Position numbers and translations under genes: made by a program
The notes under the pieces: model-generated
Database searches by the model: none
Told to the model about the DNA's origin: nothing
The model's input: only the letters and a program-made list of their open reading frames with translations
Assembly: GCF_009914755.1 (NCBI RefSeq)
Contig: NC_060941.1
DNA length: 64,000 nucleotides
Source: the human T2T-CHM13v2.0 reference genome, Homo sapiens
Direction: 5' to 3' (one strand)
Shown: positions 34,202 through 51,970 of the stretch, piece by piece
How the letters are laid out: every line of letters begins with the position of its first letter
How positions within the stretch are numbered: position 1 is the stretch's first letter

Positions 34202-34768
34202 TTATGAGGCAAACGTAGAAAAATCCTTTACTGTATATTTTCCACTAGACTGGTAAGTATATGGGTCTGAGATAACTAATTTCTAACAAATTTTGAGCTA
34301 AGGCTGTGATAATTTATACTCCTACTGAATTTTCAAATTTGTTACAACTGTTTTATACGATCTTATTCTAATAATTTTAATCTTGTCTTTATGTGTTCGT
34401 TGTGTCCTTTCTCATCACTAATATTGTACAATTTGTTTTCTCTCTTCTTTCTTTAAGTAAATCCCTGGAGGGATTCTATGTTTTTATTTTCTCAGTGGAC
34501 AAGGTTTTAGTCATGCATATTATTTCTTCTTTACTTTTTATTTTAATAATTTTAGCTTTTACATTCATTAATTATCTCCTTTTATGGGAAATCCTTTTGG
34601 AAAACTGCCAGATAGGGTCTAAGAGGGTCCAGCAATAATAATCTTAATTATTTTTTATTCTTATAAGAATGAATTAGATTCACAAATTTTGGGCATTGAT
34701 CGCAAGCAAAACAGACCAACTCCTTGTGCCCTTTCCCTATCAAACATCCACGTTTACAAGGAGGTAAT

Positions 34769-36116
<1,348 letters not shown>

Positions 36117-36144
36117 AGGTAATATTCTTATATACAAAACACCT

Positions 36145-37582
36145 GTGCTCTACCTTGAATGTTTGCATCCTCTCAAAATTCATATGTTGAAATTCTAACA
36201 CCCAACATGATGGGCGTTTGGGAGGTGATTAGGTTAAAGGGTAGATCCCTCATGAATGAGATTAGTGCTCTTCTAAAAGGGACTTCAGAAAGCTAGGGAT
36301 GGCAGCCTGCCATCACAAAGGCTGCAGCAGGGAGGGGCAGCTAGGGCTGCACACTTTCTGGAGCCCGTGGGAGCCCTGCCTCTTCCAAGTTGGGACGTGA
36401 GCTCCCCAGGTGCTGCTGCAGCCACCCAAACCACCACTGTAGACCCAGGCCTCCCGCTCTCTGCAGCATGCTAGAATCCTGCCCCACAACCCTGCCCCAT
36501 GCAGCTGCAGCCACCCAAATCGAGATTGCAGATTCAGGCATCTCTGCACTCTTGGGGCCTGAGAAGATCCCCCTGCCCTCGCAGGCTCAGAAGTGCCTGC
36601 TCCCACTGCCTGGCTTCTCCTTCTCCCTGCTGTCGGTGCCCACTCTGATCTGGGAGCAAAGGCTGGCCAAACTCCGGAGACATAAATGGCAGTGGGAGGC
36701 AGACAGATTCCTGGGTCAAAGGCGGCGGGTCCCCAGTAGGGCCACACCTTCAGGCCTGGGAGGGCCTGAAGGCTGGGGACCGGGCTGCCAGTGCTGTAGA
36801 CTGTGGGGACTTGTGGTGCCTCTTCTGGGACTGCATGTGGACCAATGGCACACACTTCCTCCCCTCTGAGGTCCATAAAAGCCCTGGGCTCAGCCAGAGC
36901 AGGGGCAGAGGAGGAAGAGATGAAGAGAGGACCAACTTCAGAGAGGAACTACCCTCTCTGCTGATAGCAGGAGAGGACAGGACAACCAGCCGCAGAGTGG
37001 AACTACCCTCTCTGCTGAGCGCTTCAGAGACCTGCAGAGACATTGGCTGCAGAGAGAAGCAACGGTCCCCAGGGCCTCCTCTCTGCTGAGAGCAGCAAAC
37101 GTAGGAAGGACCAGTAGCAGATAGAAGCTACCCTCCCCAGGGCCTCCCCTCTGCTGAGAGCTGAACATTCCATGGGATGACCTGCCTACAGAGAGGAGTT
37201 ACTCACTGCAGGTCTCCTCTGAGCTGTCCTAACATTTAATAAAGCTCATCTTCGTCTTGTTCACCCTTCACTTGTCTGCATACCTCATTCTTCCTGGACA
37301 CAGGACAAGAACTCTGGCAAAGGTGCCGCCAGCCACAGAGGTTTCTGGCCAGAAAATCAACACCCTGAAGATCCTGTAACACAAGCTCACCCCTTCTGCC
37401 ATATGAAAAACACAGAAGAAGTTGACAGTCTGCAATGGGAAGAAGGTCCTCACCAGAATCCAATGATGCTGGTATCTTGATCTTGGACTTCCCAGGCTCC
37501 AGAACTGAGTAATAAATTTCTGTTATTTATAAGTCACCCAATTTATGGTATTTTGTTGTGGCAGGCCAAACAGACTAAGACA
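36145..37582 (+). mobile_element. MaLR (MST/MLT1-like) LTR split by a MER52-like LTR (36294-37381)
   Basis: MaLR halves AAAATTCATATGTTGAAATTCTAAC... and ...TCTTGGACTTCCCAG...AATAAATTTCTG. The inner GC-rich LTR has AGAGAGGAACTACC subrepeats and ends TGTAACA, flanked by (A/C)AAGC. Confidence 0.7.
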
Positions 37583-38769
37583 GTGTGCTTTAGTCTATGT
37601 ATACATAATCCATTAGCTCTTTTCCTTTAAAATCTATTGGGGTCACTGTTTTGCTATAGACGAAAACCTAAAGACTGTAGGTTTGTCAAGTGGCCTAGAG
37701 ACAGTTGAGAGTAAAGTCCATCATAGGTAGTAATCACTACACTAGGAAAGGGCTATAAAGGGGTCAGAATATTCCTGTCCACTGCTAGACCACTATCACG
37801 CAGATACTCAGCTAAGGTTGTAGATACCACCTTTGTCTCTATAAATTTCTGATCATGTGTAAACAATAATAAAATTGAGGCCCCAGATCATTTGGACAAT
37901 TGGGGTTACATCAAGAGAATTCATATGCAAATCATGGTGGTGACATACAGAGGAAAAAGAACCATCTATTCCATATAACACTTAACAATTTACAGGGACC
38001 AGAGTAGATGTTCAATAAATGACACAACTCCTTGTGCACCAGAGTAGTCACCACTCCCCATGTGATTTGGGGACTCTGTGCTTTTGCATAGGTGTGCTCT
38101 GAGACTCTAATGTTTTCCTCCACCTTTGTCACCTGATAAACTCTCTATCATCCATCCCAGAACTCCCATATTTGTCCTTCACTCTCTGCTACTCCCACAT
38201 AACTTTGTACCTATACTTGGCACTAATTTCACCATAGATCTAGGGAAATATTTAGAAACAAAGCAGTGAAGTGGCCAGAGCAGTTGTTTTCAAACTGCAG
38301 GAAATCAAGCGAGGACTCCCAATCATTTAAGACACCAGAAGGAAAAGCTTTGGTTCAGTTCCTACCTTAGACACTGAACCTCAGGGGGTTCAAAGCACGT
38401 TCCATGTTCTGGAATGCCCTCCTTGAAATTATCTAAACCATTTCCAGTGCCAGGTACCAATCAGCACCAGCAGTGTCATCCTGGCAGGGTGCCCCAGACT
38501 GGACAGAACTACTAGCATCCCTGTTCCTTCCATCTGGGAAACTCAATGGCCCTTCACCCAAGAAACCCTGGGACTTGTGGCTGTGGGGTTGTCCTAGGAC
38601 CTCATGGCTAGGTCCTATTCCAGGAGAATAGCCTGGCAAGTGCATTGCTCTCACTATCTGGAGCAGGATTTCTTTCACAGGATCAAGTCAGATTGGATTG
38701 CCAGGATGGTGCTGATAATGCTGATTTGGGTTTATTCAAATTGTTTATATTGACAGAGGCTCACAAAAA

Positions 38770-40180
38770 AAAAATTTACTCGGGTAGAATTTATTACTGA
38801 AGTCATCTGGTCCATGGCCTTTCTTAGTTGGGTTTTAGATTACTGATTCCATCTCCTTACTAGACATAGGTCTATTCAGATTTTCTGTTTTTTCCTGACT
38901 CAGTGTTGGTAGGTGATGTGTTTCTAGGAATTTGTCCATTTCATCTAGGTTATTTGATTTGTTGGCATACAATTTTTTACAGTACACTCTTATAATCCTT
39001 TTGATTTCTATAAAATCAATAGTAATGTCTCTTCTTTCTTTTTTGATTTTAGTTGAGTTTTTTCTTTCATCAATCTAGCTAAAGGTTTGTCAATCTTGAT
39101 CTTTTCAAAAAACCAACTCTTTATTTTTCATTAATTTTTTCCTACATATTTTGACTTTTTAGTATAGTCATTTTGACTAGATGAGATGGTATTTCATTGT
39201 GATTTCGCTTTGCAGCTCTCTGATGATTAGTGATGTTGACCTTTTAAATGTTTGTGAGCAGCTTGCATGTTTTCTTTTGAGAAGTTTCTGTTCATGCCCT
39301 TTGCACATTTTTTAAATGGAGTTGTTTGTTTTTTTCTTGATTCATTTAAGTTCTTTATAAAGTCTGGATATTAGTCTTTTGTTGGATGCATGACTTGCAA
39401 ACATTTTCTCCCATTCTCTAGGTTGTCTGTTTACTCTGTTGAGACTTTTGCTGTGCAGACGCTGTTTAGTTAAGTCCCATTTGTCTATCTTTGATTTTGT
39501 GGCATTTGCTTTTGAGATCTTTATAATAATTTATTTGCCCAGGGCAATGTCTAGAAGAGTATATCCTAGATTTTCTTCTAGAACTTTTATAGTTCGTGGT
39601 CTTACATTTCAGTCTTAATTTTGAGTTAATTTTTGTATATGGTGAGAGACAGGGATCCAGTTTCATTCTTCTGCATATGGTTAGCTATTTATTGAATAGG
39701 GTGTCCTTTCTCCATTGGTTATTTTGGTGGACTTTATCAAAGATGAGTTGGTTGTAGGTGTGAAGCTTTATTTCAGGGGTCTTTATTCTGTTCCATTGGT
39801 CTACGTGTCTATTTTTGTATCAGTACTATGTTTTGGTTACTGTAGCCTTGAAGTATAGCTTGAAATGCAGTAATGTGGTGTAAGGCTCCCTATCCTGTTT
39901 TGTTCTTTTTGTTTAGGATTGCCTTGGCTATTCAGGCTCTTTTTTGGTTGCATACAAATTTTAAATCATTTTTTCTAATTCTGTGAAAAATGACATTGGT
40001 AATTTCATAGGAATAGCATTGAATCTGTAGATTGTTTTGGGGAGTGTGAACATTTTAATGATACTGATTCTTCCAACACATGAGCATGGAGTGCTTTTGC
40101 ATTTGTTTGTGTCATCTATGATTTCTTTCAGCAGTGTTTCATAGTTCTCCTCGTAAAGTTCTTTCACCTCCTTGATTAGC
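38770..40180 (-). mobile_element. L1 ORF2 fragments (old L1M plus L1PB/MA-like)
   Basis: ORF track shows [17 protein letters not shown]...[12 protein letters not shown] and KLDPCLSPYTKINS. Confidence 0.8.
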
Positions 40181-41677
40181 CCCTGCTCTCCAATTCTTCT
40201 TGCAGCCTCTGTAACTGGAGTCCTGTCCCCTTTCCTCCCAGCCCAACTTCCTGCACTGTCTGTATCAGGCCTTGCCCTGGATGAACCCTTTTGGTTCACC
40301 CACCATACACAGAAGGTGACAGAAATCACATCTCACCCTCAGATTGCTTAAGGAGGGTACCCATACCACTGGGAAACTTGGAACCCATGGGAGCTGCAGT
40401 TGAGCCACCTTATAGAGGACCGAGCACTTGTGGACTAGCCTGGGATCCTGGCCACCCCAGTCCAACACCTGCAGCCATGTAAAACTTTCCATGGTTCAAA
40501 ACCTCAGGCTTCAGGCATACATCTGGAACACAATGCTAAAATTAAATAAATAAATAAATAAAAACGAGCTGAGGACTGAGCCGACCAAATCTCTAGGGCC
40601 TAAAACTCACTGGCCTCCCTTAAACCTTGGGTCTAGGTTTACAGGTTAGATGTTTCCACTGAAATCCTTTATACTTTTGACTATAGGGGAAATTCTATCA
40701 GACCTGAACTCATGATTTAGGCTATGTTGTTGGCTATCTTTAATGGGAATGGGGGTGGCATTCATATCTCCTTAGAGTTATGCCAGAACAACAGGTTAGT
40801 AAGAACTGCAACCCACAAGGGTGGGACAGGAGGCAGAAGAGCTACCTCCTGGGGAGCAAAAAGCATAGAGCGTGATTTGCCGTCTTCGGATACCACTTTG
40901 CATTTAGTTCGGAACAGCACTGCTTTCACCCTTTCCCTCTTCTAGATGATAAACCAGCAGCGCAAGAGGGTGCTTGGTTTTTCTTTCAGGATCTAGGGCG
41001 CAGTTCGTCAGTGCCTGGTCACATTTCACCTAAATAACCCATTCCCCAACTCCCTGAATGCTCAGGACTCCAGGAGGGTGGGCAACCCCCATCCGATGGA
41101 CACCTGCCAAGTCTGGCCTGTCCATACAGCACTCCCCACTTCTCCAGCTCTGCACCAACACCTCACGGGCTTGAGCCACCGCGCCCGGCCGCCCTGCGGC
41201 TTTTTAAGGCGCTCCCCAGCCCACGCACGGGCGGAAGTTTTGTCATCTACAGCTTTCAAGTCCTCCATTGCTAAGTCTACAACAGCCTGCGGTTTTGACA
41301 GACATTGCTACAGAGACAGGAGCCAACTTTCCCAGAAGGGAGAGAAAGCAGCCTCGGGTCTCCCCGAGATCGGTGGGGTTGCTCTGGCAGCGCCCCACCT
41401 CGTCCCGGAGCCCACGGACCACCCCCCCCGGACCCCCGGAATAAGAAACGGAGGCTGGAAGGTTTGGCAGTGGAGCGGGACGAATTTATCTGCCAGCAAT
41501 TCCCTGGAAACAGGATTCCTTGCAGGCGCTGTGCCAGCGCGGGCCCTTAAGCAACTGAAAGTTAAACGCCCACGTGAATAGCTCTGAGGGATCACGGAGA
41601 AGTTCTCGTTTCGTCTGTACCTATTTGTATTTTCTAAGGCGAAAAAAAAGTTATTTAAAGAAAAAGAAAGAACGAAC

Positions 41678-41691
41678 CTGGCGAGGTCCAT
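41678..41691 (-). CDS. SLFN12L: Upstream SLFN12L coding mini-segment (MDLAR) in a CpG-island exon
   Basis: ATG GAC CTC GCC AG|GTTCGT. Spliced to 34145 it gives [22 protein letters not shown] in frame, for a total of 588 aa, matching my recollection of the SLFN12L protein. Confidence 0.75.
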
Positions 41692-41881
41692 GTCTGCGCA
41701 CTCTTCACCAAGTAGGGGGACCTGAGTTCTTTTCCACTTTCCTGCTCTCCGCGTCCGTGTGCGGCTAGCCCCTCGCTCAGCTGCATTTCTATCGGGCACT
41801 CGACTCCCCGGAAGTGGTGGCACCGCACGCGCTGTTATCGACTCTGCGCCTTTGGAAACGGTGTGTCTGCGAATCCAACGA

Positions 41882-42354
<473 letters not shown>

Positions 42355-42672
42355 CTACCCCTTGCGGTGTAGGAAGTATCTTGCGGCCTTCTAGGCCAAT
42401 TAGTTGGCTTCGAACAGTCCAGTGGCTCCTCTAACTGGATACAGCCCTCCTGTCACGTTGCTTTCGTGGGGCCCTTGTTATGGTAATTACGATAATACAC
42501 GTTTCTCCAGCCCACACGTCTAAGAACTGTTGCGAGAACCCATACTTTTTGAAATGCACACAGGCCAAAATGACTCACTAACTGAGGAGTTCACCAGTCT
42601 GAATTGCCCTTTCTCCCTAGCTCCATCCCACTCCGGACTCAATTAAGGGCCTGCCGTTGGAAGTCCCATCTA

Positions 42673-43582
<910 letters not shown>

Positions 43583-43955
43583 TTACTCTCGGTATCCAAG
43601 AGTGATTTAGATGTGAAAATCAATCGGCCTATTCACTGCATTAATGAAAAAAGGAACATCACATGATCATTTCAATAGATACCGAAAAAGCATTTGACTC
43701 TTGAAAGTTATCCTCAGAAAGAATACATATGACGTCTGCACTTATTCCATAGATCAAAACAAGTCACCTTGCCAAGCCTAATATCAATGGGGCAGAAAAC
43801 TGTCATCTACTTCCGGAGAGGAACACCAACCTTGTGGAATATTATGACAGTTTATACAGCACAGCATCTTATGCTCCAAGTGGGACAAAAATCCCACAAC
43901 CAGTCATGATTTTTAAAAAGAACCCTTAGCAAATTGGGAATAGAAAGAAATATCC

Positions 43956-46900
43956 GACATCCAGATCCTCACCACGAACACTTCCACCACCTCCTGTTCC
44001 CTCTCCCTCCAAAGCGGCGCCGTAGCCACCGGCCCCCTCCTCCCCAGTGCCCCAGGCGCGGAGCAGACCGCCGGCAACCTCCTCTACACCACGCCGCAGG
44101 GACCCTCCAGCAGAGCCGGGCTGCTGCAGCCACCAGCGCTGGGACGAGGCGGCAGTGGCCCTCTGGCAAAGTGAAGTCTGGAGCTAGGAGAAAGCGGTCA
44201 TCAGTACCTCTCGGATGGTTCAAAAACCCCCAAGGGCAAAGGAAGAGCTGCACTAAGAAGTCCAGATACTCCAAAAACTCCAAAATCTACCTCAGAAAAA
44301 ACACGGTACGATAGTCTCTTGATCTGCTCACCAAGAAGTTCATTCAGCTCCTGAGCCAGTCACCCGATGGGGTCTTGGTTTTGAACAAGGCAGCGGAAGT
44401 GCTAAAAGTGCAAAATAGAAGGATTTATGATATCACCAAAGCTCTGAAAGGCATCCACCTCATTAAGAAGAAGTCTAAAAATAACGTCCAGTGGATGGGT
44501 TGCAGTCTGTCTGCGGATGGGGGCATGCTGACCCAGTGTCAAGGCCTGTCAAAAGAAATGACCAAGCTCACTCAGGAAGAGAAGAAATTAGATGAACTGA
44601 TCCCAAGCTGCACGCTGGACCTCAAACTATTAACCGAGGATTCAGATCGTCAAAGGTTAGCTTACGTTACATATCAACATATTCGAAAAATTAGTGGCCT
44701 TAAAGACCAAACTGTTATAGTTGTGAAAGCCCCTCCAGAAATAAGACTTGAGTGCCTGACTCAATAAGAGAGCCTACAAATACATTTGGCAGGTACCCAA
44801 GGGCACATTGAGGTTTACTTATGTCCAGAAGAGACTGAAACACAGTCCAATGACAACAAACAACCAAGACCCCAATGGGAATATCCTTAAACCCACCTCG
44901 TTGGTTTCAACCAACTCAGGACATAGCGATTGCTCAATTTCTATGGGAAACCTTTCTCCTCCGGCCTCCCCAGCCAACCTCTTACAGCAGACTGCGGACC
45001 AAATTCCTTCTAATCCTCTAGTATGACCATTTGTGAACTTACTGCCTCCCCTGCTGCAAGATAACCATTTGTGAACTTACTGCCTCCCCTGCTGCTCCTC
45101 CTGAGCCTCGGGGAGGAGGAAGGCATCAGCGATCTCTTTGATGCCTATGATTTGGAAAAGCTCCCACTGGTGGAAGACTTCAAGTGTAGTTGATTATGCT
45201 TCATGTGAACTCTCCTTAAAAACCAATTTTTTTAAATCATGGAACCAGAACATATGTCATGCAATGTTGTCCCTTCCTACTTTCTTCCTCCAGGAGAGTA
45301 TCATGAAGTAAACTACAAACTTCAGAAGAAAGCTGACATTTTCATGAATTTTTTAAAAATTAATAAACAAATTGTCTAAACGCACAGTTGCAGGCTCCCT
45401 TGGGAAAGCCCTGCTTTGCTACAGGCTCCAAGATCTCCTGGCTAGGTCAGCAAGTGAGAAAATGTACAATCAGTTGTCTCTCACCCCGACTTTTCCTTCC
45501 TCCTTCCTCCCCGGATTGGCTTGCTGTGCCTGAGGGATGGGCTGCAGAATGGGGTCTGGCCACCTGGCCTGCTGGGAAACAGCAATCTTCCTTAATAGCA
45601 TTTCAAGCCATGCCTTCTCCACAGAATGCATGTCTTTGAGGTCTGCTGATATGGAATGGAACTGCAGCAAATGCAAACTTGAAGTCATGCAAAAGTATGA
45701 AATGAATTTCTTCAGCTCTTCTTAGGAATATTCAAATTACTGTCATAATTCAGTTTAAGCTATGAACTGTGTGTCCCAGTAGGAGGTCAAGAAGATCTCC
45801 ACAGGCTTCTGGATGAAGAACCTGTTTTCAAATATACTTGTTGCAGATACAGAAGACTAGTAGAGTTCTGCCACTCTAAGCTGTTGTGGATTTTCCTGTC
45901 TCCATGAACCACTCCCATTCCCCTGTCCCCAATGTGTTTGTGAGTTTCTAGTTGATTTGTAGCAAATGCCTACTTAGTTCTTTGTGGATTGTTTTGAACT
46001 TTTTATTTTTTTAGCTGCCATTTAAGCATTCCTGTGGCACCCATCACCATTTCAATTTAATTGTTTACTTTGAAGCGATTTTTGCAAATTCACATTACTT
46101 CAGCAGAGGGAGAGAACCTCTACTGATCAGAGCATCTAAACCTGTGTGATCTAAGGTTTATCAGCTTCTGCAAGGAGCTTTGTCCCACCATGCTTCCATT
46201 CCCAGAAGGAGGAGCTTGGAGCGAGTCAGTCCTGGGGCTTGCTGACATGGGTGACCCATTGGAAAGGAGAACCAGGTTGGGTGACTTAGCCCCAAGGAGC
46301 AGCAGGCATGGGTCCCTCCATCCTTGGGCTTCCTGGGCCCCTGTGATGGGGGAAAGGGCTCTCTTATACCACACTCAAGGAGACCACTTCTCAGGATGGA
46401 GTCAGATGGAGAGACCTCTCGGGAGAAAGACATCCCCGTTGTGTGAGTGGCATTTCCTTAAGCTGGCAGGAACGGGGAGCTCCCACTGTGTTGGGGGCTG
46501 GAATAGTTCTGGCCAGACCCCGTTCCCCTTCCTCTATGAAGGAATAAGTTGGACCAAGGGAAGTTGGGGGCGTAGAAAATGAAGCAAAACAATTCCAGGG
46601 TGTCTCCCGCTTTACTCTTCAGGAATGGTGTCCCAAGTTGGAGGTTTTGTGTCAGCTGCAAATCCTACCAGTTATGTCCAAGAATGGCTTTCCCTCGGGC
46701 AGGTGGCAGTGGTCATCTCCCACTGGGAATATGGCGTAGTATCTCCGGTCCATTCCTTGGATGCTAAGGACTGTGGGAATGAGGGGGTCAGATAAAGAAC
46801 AAACCTCAAAACAAACAATTAAATTGAAATGTTATGTGCCTGACCCAATGGTAGGCACATAGTAGGCACTCAACTCATATGTTTAATTGAATTGAAAATA

Positions 46901-48335
46901 TCCCTTAGGGGAAAAAAAAAAACACACACACACAAGCAAAAAACCACAAGAGCCTCAGCCAGTTTACTCCAGGTAGATTTCCACAATATGCAAAGTGGTG
47001 GTGGGGTCAAGACAGGTGACACCAGCACTTTAAATTCTTTGTGTGGGTATGCGTGGGTGTATGTTTGGGAAGAAAAACGAAGGTGCAGACTATCTTCCTT
47101 TTTTCTTCTTCAACCTCCATCCCTGGCTTCCTCCCCTCACACACACTGGACTTGGTACAAAATGTCAGTGTGGTCCTAGAGGAAGCATTGGGGTGGGGGA
47201 GGGAGAGGGAGCTTTGTGTAAAGTGCCTACTGGAAATGCACTGTGGGGTTTTTCCTGTATGGGAAACCATTTATGCCAAGCTTTCCCCTATTTCCCAAAT
47301 TTATATCATCTGGTTAGCTGCCTCTGCTTCCAGCTTTGTATAATTCTCTTTGCCAGCTGCACAAAGCTGATTTTCTCCAAAGTCTAAAGACTGAGCTCAC
47401 CTGGCTAGATTGTTGTGTGTTTTGTTGAAATTGTTCATAATGTAATGCCGTATTTATTGTTTTAAAAATGAAAGGAATACTAATAAGTCTTAAAAGTTCC
47501 TTCATGCCTAAGATTTTTTCCAGTTACTGGGCTTAACTGGTGTACATTAATTAGATGTCCATACTGTATTTTGTTTGCATCAAGTAATTTTCTTTTTGAC
47601 TTAGTATCTGGCACACAAAGTGGGTTAGTACTACAGTATTTGCATTACTTTAAGTACAAAGTTAGGTATGTGCTTATATGTACAGAGTTGTGCATAGCAA
47701 TCATTTTATGTAAGTTGACATGTAGTCTACTCACATTTTCATTTTTAGCAGTTTTGTACAAAAATAGCAATTAATTTGTAAACACTACCAGAATACTTTC
47801 TAGATGGCATGTAATTTTTTAAGAGTGTTATTTTGTTTTTGTTTTTGTTCTTAGTTGTGGTTCTTCTTTTCATTTTTGTTGTACGTGTAGATCTGTAAAT
47901 AAAATTGCAGTATTCAAAGCTTAAGCTTTCGGGAAAAAGAAAATAAGAATTCAGTGTGTGCATGACAACTCGTGTGTATGAGAAGGAGGGATTTGAAGGA
48001 AGATGACTTGCAGAGTAAGTCGGGTAGCAGTTGTCAGAGTGTGGGAATTTATTTTCCTACGGGGTACGTGATTTTGTAAAAAGGAAGTATTTCTCCCAAA
48101 ATTGGGAGTAGGCAAATTACTAATCGGTTTAGCTTTGTGTTGTATGCTAGTTTAAAAAAGAAAATATGTAATATAATGTAAAAAAAAAACAACAAAAAAG
48201 CTTTTATGATGGATTTTGTAAACAGATTTGTTACAGGGTGACCTGTTCTCTAGCTGTGATCTTACCACTTCAAATGGGTGTAATTTGAATAACTTTTGTA
48301 TGGTAAAGGATCAATAAAATGATTTTTTAAGAAAA
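43956..48335 (+). pseudogene. E2F3P1: Processed pseudogene of E2F3 (5'-truncated E2F3a mRNA with full 3'UTR)
   Basis: [12 protein letters not shown]..., [37 protein letters not shown]...VKAPPE; intronless with frameshifts and stops; AATAAA at 48313; TSD AAAGAAATATCC at 43944-43955 and 48336-48347; inserted in an old L1. Confidence 0.95.
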
Positions 48336-48824
48336 AAAGAAATATCCTTAATCTGTTAAAGATTATTTATAAAATAAAAACTTTTAAAAAATCACACTCA
48401 GTGAGGAAATATTAAAAACTGTCCCATGAGTTTTAGGAATGAGGCAAGGATACTCTTTACTTTCACTCCCATTGCAGCTTGTGCTGGAGGCCTTGGGCAC
48501 TGCACTAAGGCACACAGAGCTGAAGAACCCTGAAAAACAATAAATCTCTAATACGACAGCAATGTGCCAGGGCACACAAATAGACCAGCAGACCAATGGG
48601 ACAGCAGAGAGGATCCAGAAGCAGGCAATATATAGTCAGCTGATTTAGAATGCAGGAAGGGAGCAAGCTGGAGCAGGGGAGGGAGGGGCTTCTGTGGTGG
48701 GAGGACTGGTTCAGGGCCAGGACTGGGGTGAGGAGAGTGACGCAGGGCCAGGCAAAGGCAGAGTTGGATCCTGTCTTTATTTAACATTTTTATGTTTTAT
48801 TTATCACCGATTTTTGCGTTAATT

Positions 48825-49142
<318 letters not shown>

Positions 49143-49399
49143 TAATTTCGATTTTTTAAATATTGTTTATCTTGTTCACTGAGAGGTGATGTTTGTTTGG
49201 TGTCCCCTTCAATTTTGGACTAGCAAGTGCTTCACTCTCCTTAAACAGCCCTCCCCATAGGTTCATTGTCTTAAGTGCCGTGATGGTTTCAAGGGTTTCT
49301 AGGTAGGTCAATTTCCTTCATATTATACACTTTAAATACGTACAGTTTCATGTATGTCGATTATAGCTCAGTATAGCTATTTTTACAGTAACATATAAA

Positions 49400-49837
49400 G
49401 CAATAGAGTGAAGGCTCTGTGCACTGGCGGCAGCCGTGGTCTCCGGCCCAGTTTGTGGCATCTCCAGGACACAGGCCAAAACAATCCCCCAGGGCAACGG
49501 CCTTGGACCTGAGACTCCTGCTGCAGGTGTCCCTGCTCCCCGCGCCTTCTTTGGCTCTCCCCGGGGTGGGTTGCGGCGCTCAGAAGCTTCGGCCCGCGCC
49601 CACCTCCCTACCCCACCCCACCCCCACCAGTCCGATTCTGCTCGCGAGCCGCAGAGATTGGTGCCCACTCGACCCTTTTCGGGGCAGGCAAGGATTAGAC
49701 CGGGATCTGACACCAACTGGCGCTGTCCTTCGCGCCCACTAACAACTGGTCAGGGTGAGGACCCCCAGACCCACTGGGATGAGGGCAGAATCTGAAGCGT
49801 GCAGGGTGAGCGACAGAAGCTGGAGAAAGCCGATTTG

Positions 49838-49875
<38 letters not shown>

Positions 49876-50800
49876 CAAAACGCCAAGACGTGCCAGTGTC
49901 TACAGCGCCTTCGGGGGCATTTAAATTCCCCACCAGGAAACCGAGACCGATGCTGAGGTCTCGCCTATTCCTGGGTGCTCAGTGAGGTCGTCCCCACCCC
50001 CGGAACGGCTGTCACAGCAAGCAGGAGAGCAGCCCTGGGAACTAAGGACGTGACCAGTTACCAGGGAAACATCCTGGAGACACCACCTGTGGTCATCCCT
50101 GGGGAATGAGGTTCAGAACTATTCCTCAGTCCAGGCACGGTGGCTCACGCCTGTAATCCCGTCACTTTGGGAGGCCGAAATGGGCGAATCTTATGAGCCC
50201 AGGAAATCAAGGCTACATCAGCCGTGATCGCGCCACTGCACTCCAACTTTGGCGACAAGAGTGAGACCCACTCAAAAAAAAATAGATTTCTTAAATGTTA
50301 ATTATGAAATATTTCAGACGTACAAAAAAGTGTACCACCACCAGCGCATCCACTACCACCTTAGAGAATGAAGCCCCGCGTTTCCTCCTGGACAAGTTTC
50401 CCTCCCTCCCTACCCTTCCTTCTTCCGACTTCCCCCCTCCCCACCGTCCCTCCGGCCCCTCCTTTCCCTTCCCTCCCCTCCCCTCATGACCTCGACTCCC
50501 TTCCCTTCTCCCTGGAAGGAGCGGGGCGGAAGATCGAGCCCCAGCGCTGCCCCACAACCAGGCTGGATTTAAAGCCTGTGCAGTAGGCGTCTGTCTTCGC
50601 GGTGGCAGCATTTTCCTGTCCTCCCCAGGACTGGGAGAGTGCAGCGCTCCTCTTTCCCTTTGCAGGTGTATGAAAGCGAGATCGCCTTCTCAGCCTTCTC
50701 TTTGCGCCTCCCCAGACCCTCAGCTCTCCAGTGATTCTTATGGCTTTGTGCAGGGAGCGGGTCACCCATTCAGCAAAAAGTCACCAAGGGCCCAAAACGT
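49400..50800. promoter_or_regulatory. GC/CpG-enriched unique segments with (CA)n at 49840-49874 and a polypyrimidine tract at 50395-50490; candidate promoter or enhancer
   Basis: Local CpG retention and GC boxes (GGGGCGG at ~50523). No recognisable coding homology. Confidence 0.4.
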
Positions 50801-50911
50801 TTTGCCAGAGAAATAGGATGGCTGAAAATGTTACCCTAATGGTACAAATGGAATAACTCTGTAGGCGCACATAATTACCTGTGTTTTCCCAGGGCATCAA
50901 AAGCCACTGTA

Positions 50912-51970
<1,059 letters not shown>

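Noticed and set aside
36900-37220. Spaced AGAGAGGA..TACC/CTCTCTGCTGAGAG repeats resembling an array
   Set aside because: These are internal subrepeats of a MER52-like LTR in a primate genome, not a CRISPR array.
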